From Octopus sinensis (Eukaryota), in NCBI RefSeq assembly GCF_006345805.1, contig NW_021832434.1, forward strand, positions 1 to 64,000: 64,000 nt of DNA, read 5' to 3'. Positions 44,901 to 57,015 of the stretch are shown piece after piece. A model generated the notes under the pieces. The model worked only from the letters and a program-made list of their open reading frames with translations, ran no database searches and had not been told where the DNA came from. The translations under genes and the position numbers were made by a program. The first letter of the stretch is position 1. Every line of letters starts with the position of its first letter.

Positions 44901-45923
44901 TAGCGGTTCGGCAAAAAGAGGCCGATAGAATAAGTACTGGGCTTACAAAGAATAAGTCCCAGGGGTCAAGCTGCTCGATTAAAGGCGGTACTCCAGCATG
45001 GCCGCAGTCGAATGACTGAAACAAGTAAAAGAGTAAAGAGTAAAGGAGAGTAAAGTGAGGACTCACCTGTTCTGGACAACCTGGAATAACTTTGTGAGCC
45101 AGAATTCTGTTTTCAAATCCTGTGCTGTCTGTGTTAAACTGTAGGCTCTTTATACAGCCATTGAAACCAAAATTTGATAAATTGCTTTAATAAAGAAGAA
45201 AATAGGGGGTGAAATTAATCTTTATATATAAAAGTGAAGTTGTGTGTCTGTCTCCTACGATTTAGATTTCTAACTACTCCCACATTTTGCGGTGCAGTTT
45301 AACCAAAACCGGGTATCTTATAGTTGTGATTCATATTGAGCCCTTCTGGGTATTAGCGCGCGTCTACGATGAGTCTACGATTTAAAAAATTTACCATAAT
45401 TTTTTTCAATTTTGAATGCATTTTTTTCGCTATTATATAAGGGAAGTAACTCTCGAAAAATGTCTACGATGAGTCAACGATTTAAAAAAAATTTACCATA
45501 ATTTTTTTCCCATTTTTAATGCATTTTTTTGCTATAACTCTCTAAAAATGCTTATATAGTTATTTCCCTTACAAACCCGAGCAACGCCGGGCTATACTGC
45601 TAGTTAATAATAAACTTAATAATGATGATGGTGATAAACATAGATGCACATAGAGATATAAGCATGCGCAAATGAAGACATACAATAGCAATACAAAATG
45701 GCTGACAGTTAGTAAGGAGAGACACACAAATAAGAAACAAGAAAACAAAGGACCACTGATGAGGTCACAGGAGTGTGGCGAAAGAACTCTGGCCGAAATA
45801 AGATTAAGATTAATGTAAAAAATAAATAACACTGAAGCAAAGTAACACCAAATATGTAGTGCGTGTGTTTTTATTGGCTAAATTGGCAAAATGACCATTC
45901 CAAAATACAATATATATATATAC

Positions 45924-45987
<64 letters not shown>

Positions 45988-48900
45988 TTGTTGTGCAATA
46001 TTTTTTATGTGAAGTCGTGTGTTGAAACAGATATTGTTATATTTCGAAATGGTCATTTTGCCAGTTTAGCCAATAAAAACACACGCACTATATATTTGGT
46101 GTTATTTTGCTTCAGTGTTATTTATTTTTTACATTAATCTTAATCTTATTTCGGCCAGAGTTCTTTTGTCACACTTCTGTGACCTCATAAGAAAGAAGAA
46201 AGCAAAGGACCACTGATGAGGTCACAGGAGTGTGACGAAAGAACCTTGGCCGAAATAAGATTCAGATTAATGTAAAAAATAAATAACACTGAAGCAAAAT
46301 AACACCAAATATATAGTGCGTGTGTTTTTATTGGCTAAACTGGCAATATGACCATTCCGAAATATAACAAAGACGTTGGTAATAATCGTTTCTAAATATA
46401 AGGGCAAGGTCTTAAATTGGTGGGGTGGGTCAAGTTGATAACATTGGTGCTTAGGGGTTAGGGTGTTGGACTCATGGCTACAAGATTGTGGCTTTGACTC
46501 CTGGACTGGGTGATACATTGTGTTCTTGGGCAAAACACTTCATTCCATATTGCTTCCATTATTATTATTATTTCTTTATTGCCCACAGGGGGCTAAACAT
46601 AGAGGGGACAAACAAGGACAAAGGGATTAAGTTGATTACATCGACCCCAGTGCGTAACTGATACTTATTTAATTGACTCTGAAAGGATGAAAGGCAAAGT
46701 TGACCTTGGCGGAATTTGAACTCAGAACATAACGGCAGATGAAATACTGCTAAGCATTTCACCTGGAGTGCTAACGTTTCTGCCAGCTCATCACCATAAT
46801 AATAATAATAATAATAATAATGGCATTTTCTACTATAGGCGCAAGGCTTGAAATTTAGGCTGGTGGTGGTAGAGGGGACTAGTTGATTACATCAACTCCA
46901 GTGTTTCCCTGGTATTTGATTTATTGACCTTGAACATGGCCGATGCCAGCGCTGCCTTGACTGGCTTCTGTGCCGTTGGCACGTTAAAAGCACCAACCGA
47001 TCGTGACCGCTGCCAGACTCCCCTGGCACCTGTGCCGGTGGCATGTAAAAAGTACCCACTACACTCGCGGAGTGGTTGGTGTTAGGAAGGGCATCCAGCC
47101 GTAGAAACACTGCCAGATCAGATTGGGGCCTGGTGCAGCCTCCTGGCTTCCCAGACCCCGGTCGAACCGTCCAACCCATGCTAGTGCGGAAACTGGACAT
47201 TAAACGATGATGATGATGAAAGGAAGACAGGCAATGATAACCTTGGTGAAATTTGAACTCAGAACGTAGTGGCAAACAAAATACCTTAACAGCAACAATG
47301 GTTTCAAATTTGGGGTAGAGAAGGGAATGTTTAAAGTGATTGACCAGAGAGACTTGTAGACCGAGCTAATGCTATTAGGAGAAGAAAATGGTTGTACTAT
47401 AATGCTTTGAGAAAAAAATTGTTTTTATGTGAAATTAAACACATTGAAACTCCGACGTCTGGCAGCTGACTTGGCAGACACCCATAAAATTATCAACCAT
47501 CGTACAAACAATAACTCTGAGCACCTTTTCGAACTCCACCCGTCTAACACCCGTGGACATATTTACAAAGTCAGAAAACAGCACAGCTCCCATGACTTTA
47601 GGAAACATTTTTTCACACTGAGAGTTGCTGAAGCATGGAACAAACTGCCGGCATCAGTTGTTAGTCATCGGAGCACTGCATCCTTCAGAACTTCCATGCT
47701 TTCTGAGATTCGCCAACACTACACCTGATTTTCTCCCCTCCATACACACACAAGCATGTATCTGACTCATACATTGTTCACTTCCCAGACATTTGTACAT
47801 TACTGCATACACTTTATATGCACTTTCTGACAAGTTGTGGTGCACCTGAGCACTGTATACAATAATTTCATTATTATTATTTAAGAATCAGACAGATTTG
47901 AACTCACTTTCTAGGCATGTCTAGATAATCATTATAACCTCCAATGAAGAGTTTCTTTACAGCTAACATTTTCAGGTTTCCTGGAGATGTGTCCAAATCT
48001 GCAAAGGGAAGCAATGGGAAATCACTTTAGAAAATTTAAGAGCGAAACAGATGATGGGTAGAAAAAGAGAAGAAAATAAACCAGGACCATTGTCTGCCCT
48101 GAAAGTCTTTATTAAAATCAGATTCGTTGACTGGCATCTGTGCTAGCGGGGTGCAAAGAGCACCATACAAGTGTGATCGTTGACAGAGCGGCTAACCGGC
48201 TTCCGTGCCAGTGGCACATAAAAGGCCCCATTCAAGTGTGATCGTTACTAGCGACGCCTTACTGGCACTCGAGCCCCGTGCTAGTAGGGTATTAAGGGCA
48301 CCATCCGAGCATGATCATTGCCAGAACGGCTGAATGGCCTCCGTGCCGGTGGCACATAGAAGGCACCATTCGAGTGTGATCGTTACCAGCGTCACCTTAC
48401 TGGCACTCGAGCCCCGTGCTCGTAGGGTATTAAGAGCACCATCCGAGCATGATCGTTGCCAGAACGGCTAAATGGCCTCCGTGCCGGTGGCACATAAAAG
48501 GCCCCATTCGAGTGTGATCGTTACCAGTGTCACCTTACTGGCACTCGAGCCCCGTGCTAGTAGAGTATTAAGGGCACCATCTGAGCGTGATCGTTGCCAG
48601 AACGGCTGAATGGCCTGAATGCATTTTTTTGCTATAACTCTCTAAAAATGCTTATATAGTTATTTCCCTTACAAACCCGAGCAACGCCGGGCGATACTGC
48701 TAGTATATATATATATATATATATATACATTTGTAAATACATACACATTCATATATATATAACAGCAGGAACAACAACAACAACAACATTAACAGCAAAA
48801 CTCACATGTTGCTGTTCCTGAATCCATACTGAGATGTCCTTCCTGGAAATGTCGTCGTATTTGGACCTGGTGCCATTTTCCGTCGTTATAACGTTCTTTC

Positions 48901-51900
48901 GTCGCAATAAACGCACGTCCACCGCCCAGGTCATACTGGTACACAATACGACCGTCTCGCATGTCGATGGACGCAAAATCTTGTGACTTTGTGTCGTACA
49001 TTAGCAGCAGCAGTCCGTCGGGTTTGAACGTGTTGAAAGAGAGGCTGATGTCGAATTTCTTCTGCACGTTGTACGCGGCTTTCAGCTCGAAGTAGCTGTC
49101 TCCATCGAACCTGTAGCCATCGAAGGTCTTCCGTTTGATCAACCTGTAAAGAGAGGTGGTGAACGTACAACGTGATGTGACATGAGGAGGCAAAAATTTT
49201 CTAGGGTCAGACATGGGGAGGCAAAATTTTCTAGGGTCAGACATGGGGAGGCAAAATTTTCTAGGGTCAGACATGGGGAGGCAAAATTTTCTAGGGTCAG
49301 ACATGGGGAGGCAAAATTTTCTAGGGTCAGACATGGGGAGGCAAAATTTTCTAGGGTCAGACATGGGGAGGCAAAATTTTCTAGGGTCAGACATGGGGAG
49401 GCAAAATTTTCTAGGGTCAGACATGGGGAGGCAAAATTTTCTAGGGTCAGACATGGGGAGGCAAAATTTTCTAGGGTCAGACATGGGGAGGCAAAATTTT
49501 CTAGGGTCAAACATGGGGAGGCAAAATTTTCTAGGGTCAGACATGGGGAGGCAAAATTTTCTAGGGTCAGACATGGGGAGGCAAAATTATCTAGGGTCAG
49601 ACATGGGGAGGCAAAATTTTCTAGGGTCTAGTTTCCAAACTAGACAATGCTTGCTCATTGTGGAGGTACATGGCCTAGTAGTTAGAGCAGCGGACTTGCG
49701 GTCGAGGGATTGCGAGTTCGAATCTCAGACCGGGCAATGTGTGTGTTTATGAGCGAAACACCTAAGCTCCACGCGGCTCCGGCAGAAGGTAATGGCGAAA
49801 TTTCTGCCGACTCTTTCGCCTGCATCTAGCAGCTCACCTGTGTTTTGGAACAGTGTCCCGTCCAGGTGGGGAACCTATATGCCAAGGAAACTAGCCCTTA
49901 TGAGCCAGGCATGGCTCAAGAAGGAACAAAAAAAAAAAGAAGCTTGCTTATCGCCCAATATGTTTCTCACAAGTGTCTGGAAACAAGAAGCAATTCTTGT
50001 GACAGAAGCACTAGCAATTATCATGTGCTGCAAAGGCAATCATACACACACAGACACACACACAAACAAAACAAGCTTCTTTCAGTTTCCATCTACAAAA
50101 TGAACTCACAAGCCTATGGCCTGCACAGGGCTATAGTAGAAGACACTTGCCCAACATGTCATGCTATGGGATTGAACCCACAGCCATGTAGTTGGGAAGC
50201 AAACTTCTTAACCAGGTACAACAGAAGTTGAGACAGACCAGAAACCAATTGCCCCTTTCAGTTACTTTATATGTAAGTTTGTCTTCAAGAAGGAGGTTCT
50301 AGTGAGAACTACAAGTCTTTCACTCCCAGTGGTTCCCATGCTAGTTAACCCATGACTGGGACTTTAACAGGGGCCACTATTCTGGGTCAGAGTTAAGTTA
50401 AGTTAAGTTAATTTTTGGGATGAAAAGGCAAAAAGCAAGGCCATGTAGGGGGACATGGAGTTATGTACAGGGAGGGTGTTCATGCAAAGAGCTCAGGCCA
50501 TTTCTGGTCAAGAGAGACTTTGAACCGAGCGGTTGTTGGCATCTTCACTATCTCGTCTGGCAGCTTATTCCATGGATCCGCAACCCGGACGGAGAAAGCC
50601 CCTCTCCTTTGACTGAGATGAAATCGACGCAGATAAAGCTTGTCGGAGTGACCCCGCAGCCGACGCTCTGGAGCAGGAGTGAAGAACAGCTCTTCCGAGA
50701 GGTAACAATTGTGGTGAAGAGGTGGGTCCACATTCTTCGAAAACCTGCAACTCTGGTACTTGGGCCACACTTTTGGGTGCAGTTTAAAGTCATACCCAGA
50801 TTTTCATACACACAGGCACATACATGCACACACACACACACACACGCACATAGACACACACACACACACGCACATAGACACACACACACACACGCACATA
50901 GACACACACACACACACACAGGCACATAGACACACACTTGTGCCTGTGAACGAGTGTGAATGTGTATGTGTGTTGATAGAGGGACACATTAGATAACGTA
51001 GTGCCTGGCATTCCTTTTTCTGGATAAAAGCCAAGATGCCCAATGAGGGCTGACCTAGGGTTAAACAACAACAACAGCAACAGACTAACTTACCGAGCGG
51101 TAACTCCATCGTAGTTATTCTCAGCACTGACAAAGTCCCATAGACCCATGGGATAGTCATTGTAGACGAATCTCTCCACTGCCCCTTCGAATCGGGTTCT
51201 GGTGATGTCATCAGGGAGCTGTGGTGGTGGTCGTGGAAATAAAATATACAACAGTAGAATTATATATTTCTTTACTACCCACAAGGGGCAAAACACAGAG
51301 GGGACAAACAAGGACAGACAAATGGATTAAGTCGATTACATCGACCCCAGTGCGTAACTGGTATTTAATTTAATCGACCCCGAAAGGATGAAAGGCAAAG
51401 TCGACCTCGGTGGAATTTGAACTCAGAACGTAATGGCAGGCGAAATACCTATTTCTTTACTACCCACAAGGGGCTAAATATAGAGGGGACAAACAAGGAC
51501 AGACAAACGGATTAAGTCGATTATATCGACCCCAGTGCGTAACTGGTATTTAATTTAATCGACCCCGAAAGGATGAAAAGCAAAGTCGACCTCGGTGGAA
51601 TTTGAACTCAGAACGTAATGGCAGGCGAAATACCTATTTCTTTACTACCCACAAGGAGCTAAATATAGAGGGGACAAACAAGGACAGACATAGGTATTAA
51701 GTCGATTACATCGACCCCAGTGCGAAACTGGTACTTTATTTATCGACCCCAAAAGGATGAAAGGCAAAGTCTACCTCGGCGGAATTTGAACTCAGAACGT
51801 AATGTCAGATGAAATACCGCTAAGCATTTCGCCCGGGGCGCTAACGTTTCTGCCAGCTCGCCAGTAGAATTATAGCTAGGTTATTACGTGTATGTGTGTC

Positions 51901-52977
51901 CCCAATTCACCATTACTCTTTCTCTCTCTTTTATTTGTTTCAGTCATTTGACTGCGGCCATGCTGGAGCACTGCCTTTAGTCGAGCAACTCGACCCCGGG
52001 ACTTATTCTTTCTGTAAGCCCAGTACTTATTCTATCGGTCTCTTTTGCCGAACCGCTAAGTAACGGGGACATAAACACACCAGCATCGGTTGTCAAGCAA
52101 TGCTAGGGGGACAAAAACAGACACACAAACATACATGCACGCACATATATATATATATATATACATATATACGACGGGCTTCTTTTCAGTTTCCGTCTAC
52201 CAAATCCACTCACAAGGCTTTGGTCGGCCCGAGGCTATAGTAGAAAACACCTGCCCAAGGTGCCACGCAGTGGGACTGAACCCGGAACCATGTGGTTGGT
52301 AAACAAGCTACTTACCACACAGCCACTCCTGCCATTCTTCATATCCTTCTACCCATCACCCCACCACTGTCTCAATCACAGTGGCTGTGAGACAAGGGTT
52401 CCCCCCCTTACTGTCACCCTTCTGTTAGCCATCACTCATCAAGTACCTTTAAAATTGACAAATGTTACACCTGTCTCATTACTGCCTATTATTACAATTA
52501 GCCATCAAACACTCACCCATTTACTTTCAAACAGGTCGTTGCCATCGAATCCCTTGGCAGTTAACAAAGGATCTCTCAGCAACTTTGCTTAATTAAGGGG
52601 GGGTCTTTGGCCTTAAGATTATCTTGCTGACAATCCCTCATTTGGATAATTACCATTTCCAAAGTTCCGCTGGCTATGAAACGTATGTAGCCTGGACTTT
52701 ATCTACACTGTTCCCTAATCGACCCCAGTGCATGACTGGTACATATTTTATCGATCCTGGAAGGATATAAGTGAAAGTGATCCCTGGCTGAATTTGAACA
52801 CAGAATGTAAAGATGACAAAATGCTGCTAAGCACTTTGGCCACTGTGCTAACGAGTCTGTTAGCTTGCCATCTTTACAAATTTAGCCACAATAGAAGTTC
52901 AATAAAAATTAGCCAAAATGCATGTGTCCTCAAATACCATCTGCACCCTGTATATATACCCATCGTTTAATATCCAG

Positions 52978-53038
<61 letters not shown>

Positions 53039-53219
53039 CATACATATATATATATATACATACATATATATAAAAACATATATATATACATACATATATA
53101 TATATATATACATACATACATACATATATACATACTTACATATATATACATACATACATATATATACATACATACATATATACATACATATATATATACA
53201 TACATACATATATACATAC

Positions 53220-53268
<49 letters not shown>

Positions 53269-54051
53269 CATACATATATATATATATACACATACATATA
53301 TATACATACATACATATACATACATACATACATATACATACATACATACATATACATACATACATATATATATACATACATATATACATAAATATATGAA
53401 AGAATGGAGCTGAATGACGAATTAACGAAATTCCTTTATTCTCGACATATGTTTCGAAGGCTGCATATTCCTAATTGCGATGGAATAAGGAGTACGTTAT
53501 GCTGCTTTCTCATCAGGAAAAGCAAGGAACTTATGTCAACATCAAGATGCACAAAAAACTTTTAGATGATTGCTCACACGGAGCCCATAGCGGTAAAAGT
53601 TTTTTGTGTATTTTGATGTTGACATAAGTTCCTTGCTTTTTCCTGATGAGAAAGCAGCATAACGTACTCCTTATTCCTTCGCAATTAGGAATATGCAGCC
53701 TTCGAAACATATGTCGAGAATAAAGGAATTTTGTTAATTCGTCGTTCAGCTCCATTCTTTCATAGATTTATATATTTTTAAAATAAAAATACAAATTTCC
53801 ACACGAAAGCACATAATCTATGCCCTAGGCACGTAACTTCAACCGTGTTTTTTCTGATGTGAATTTGCTACCCAGGTATCGGTTAATTCGAATTATCCTT
53901 AATAAGATAATTCATTCAACTACTCAAATATACATACGTACATAAATAAATATATATACATACGTACATACATACATATATATATACACATACATATATA
54001 TATATATATACACACATACATATATATATATATACATATATATATACATAC

Positions 54052-54100
<49 letters not shown>

Positions 54101-54372
54101 CATAATAATGAAGGGTGAAATTAATTAATTTGGAATAATTATCAATTACACCAAGTAGTCTTCGGCATGTAAAAGCCTCATTCGAGGAAAATTTAAGTAA
54201 TACTAAGCAATAAAGGGTTTAGCAACGAATTGCCTTACCACATACCGAATTTAGAAATAGCAGTCAAAGAGTTAGAAGAAATAGCTATAACTCTTTGACT
54301 GCTATTTCTAAATTCGGTATGTGGTAAGGCAATTCGTTGCTAAACCCTTTATTGCTTAGTATATATATATAC

Positions 54373-54423
<51 letters not shown>

Positions 54424-56944
54424 CATATATATATATATACATACATATATATATATATACATACAAGGGAAAAATACACTCATCTATTTATATATTTATG
54501 TTTATGTATGCATAAATGACCCCCAACTACAAGGCCAATGTTAACAGTAATATGACTAGCCCAACCTTTTACACTCCAGGGATCACTCTACAGGGTTCAC
54601 CTACCGTCACAGATTGAGGGAAACCTCCCACGAAGAAGTAGGTCTCGTGTTTCCGAAGCAGCAGCACAGAGTTCGTTCCGCCAGACGTCCCGTTCATTTT
54701 GATCATATCCTCTCCATCGGTGACCACTTTCAGGGAGCCGACTGCACCAATCCTGTAAGGAAATATGAAATGGGTGAACACAACTACAGTCAGTACATTG
54801 GGAGATTAGTATACACCCTAACATACTATATACACACACATTCCTCCTCCTCCTCATCGTTGCCATTATCATCATCATCATCATCATAACATGGCAGTTC
54901 CTGTTTAGGACGAATGTTACTGTAGGCTATACGACACAATCTGTTCGAAAATATAAGGACACAGATTGTGTCGTATAGCCAGCTGGAGACAATGTCTCCT
55001 GGGGCTAAATTACAGCAACATTTGTCCTAAACCAGGACTGCCATGTTATGTTGGCAAGCAATCTTTACTACAAAGTACTGTTGCTGAATATCTCACGATG
55101 TGATTTTAAAATAGTAATCTTCTAATTTATAGATCAGTGACTAGTTTTCACTTTGAAAACTATATATTTCGAATGGGAATTTGGCAGCGCTACACAAAGC
55201 CGAATAATCATTCTGTGCTGATGAAGGGAAATAACCGGGAAATCGCGATACTCAGATATTGTTTTGAACTGAGTGGGGGTGCTAGATTCCCTTGTTTGAA
55301 AATATAAGGACACGGATCGTGTCGTATAGCGAGCTGGAGACAAGGTCTCCTGGGGCTAAATTACAGCAACATTCGTCCTAAACCAGGACTGCCATATTAT
55401 GTTGGCAAACAATCTTTTCTACAAAGAACTGTTGCTGAATATCGCACGTTGTCAGATGTAAAAATAGTATATATGTGTATTTGTGTATATATGTGTTTGC
55501 GAGTCGAACCTTATTCACCCCCACGGTACCAACTTACCTCTCAGCCTCAATGTAATGCCATTCACCATCATCAATCTGTTTCGGATGATAGACAATTCCT
55601 GGCCCAGAACCAAGATCAAACCTGAGCATAACTCGGCCATCGGCCACCTCCAGGGACAGGTAATCCTGAGAATATAAAAAAGAAAAAAAAAAGTTGATTT
55701 GAGTGAAAATGAAATGCAAAAGTTATTCTTTTACTTGTTTCAGTCATTGGACAGTGGCCACGCTGGGGCACCACCGTAAGAAGTTTTAACCAAACAGATC
55801 GATCCCAGTACCTATTTTACGGCCAGTGCACATTCTCTGTTAAGTTATGGGGATGTAAACAAACCAACAATGGTTATCCTTGCACAGGGCATTCATAAAT
55901 TATCTTTACCACTTCTAGAATCTATTGTATTGATTAAATCTGAGATCAGTCAATCACCTTCTTTACAACCAATGGAGCCCTTAAGAAAGGTTTCTGATCT
56001 TTCTGATAAAACTTTGTCTCCCAAAAAATCCTGCTGAGTTATCCCTATTTTTCGTTTTTTCCTGAAGTTTTCAGATTGATAAGTTAAGTTAATTTTTTGG
56101 CTCAAAAAGCAAGGCCATGTAGGGGGACATGGAGTTATGTACAGGTAGGGTGTTCATGCAAAGAGTTCAGGCCATTTCTGGTCAAGGGAGACTTTGAAAT
56201 GAGCGGTTGTCGGCATCTTCACTATCTCGTCCGGCAGCTTATTCCACGGATCCGCAACCCGGACGGAGAAAGTCCCTCTCCTTCGATTGAGATGAAATCG
56301 TCGCAGATAGAGCTTTTTGGAGTGACCCCGCAGCCGACGCTCTGGAGCAAGAGTGAAGAACAGCTCTTTCGAGAGGTTACACTTTCCGCTTATGATGTTG
56401 TGAGCAAGAAGGAGAGCATATCTTACCTGGGTCTGCACTTCGTGTTTTGGTCCTCCAATATAGGTTAAGAGGCCGTTCCTGGCATAGGTCTTAACATGCA
56501 TGGAGACTTTGGTGTAGGAGCCGGAGGAGTCAACTTGAGGAGGGTTGCGTAGTCGGACGGCAGTGTCAGAGAACTTGAGTCCCACGAGGATCTGGTTTTG
56601 GAATGAAATAAAAAAAATATACATATATTTATATCAATCAATCAATTTATTTATCTATCTATCAACCTCTCTATCTATCTATCTCTATTTATCTTTCTGT
56701 CTGTCTATCTGTCTATTTATCTTTTTGTCTATCTATCTACCTGTATTTTTGTCTGTCTGTCTGTATATCTATCTATCTATCTAGCCATATGGCTATCTAT
56801 CTATCTATCCATCCATATGGCTATCTATCTATCCATCCATCCATATGGCTATCTATCTATCTATCTCTCTATCTATCCATCCATATGGCTATCTATCTAT
56901 CTGTCTGTCTGTCTGTCTATCTCTCTATCTATCCATCCATATGG

Positions 56945-57015
<71 letters not shown>

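Larger units (their letters stand above)
53395..53764. repeat. 370-bp palindrome carrying hammerhead motifs
   Basis: About 170-bp arms with few mismatches; about 30-nt spacer. Confidence 0.9.

Noticed and set aside
54596-54601. Alternative laminin donors at 54600 (GTGAAC) and about 38327 (GTAAAC)
   Set aside because: Wrong phase for the next exon; 54604 and 38298 keep the frame.
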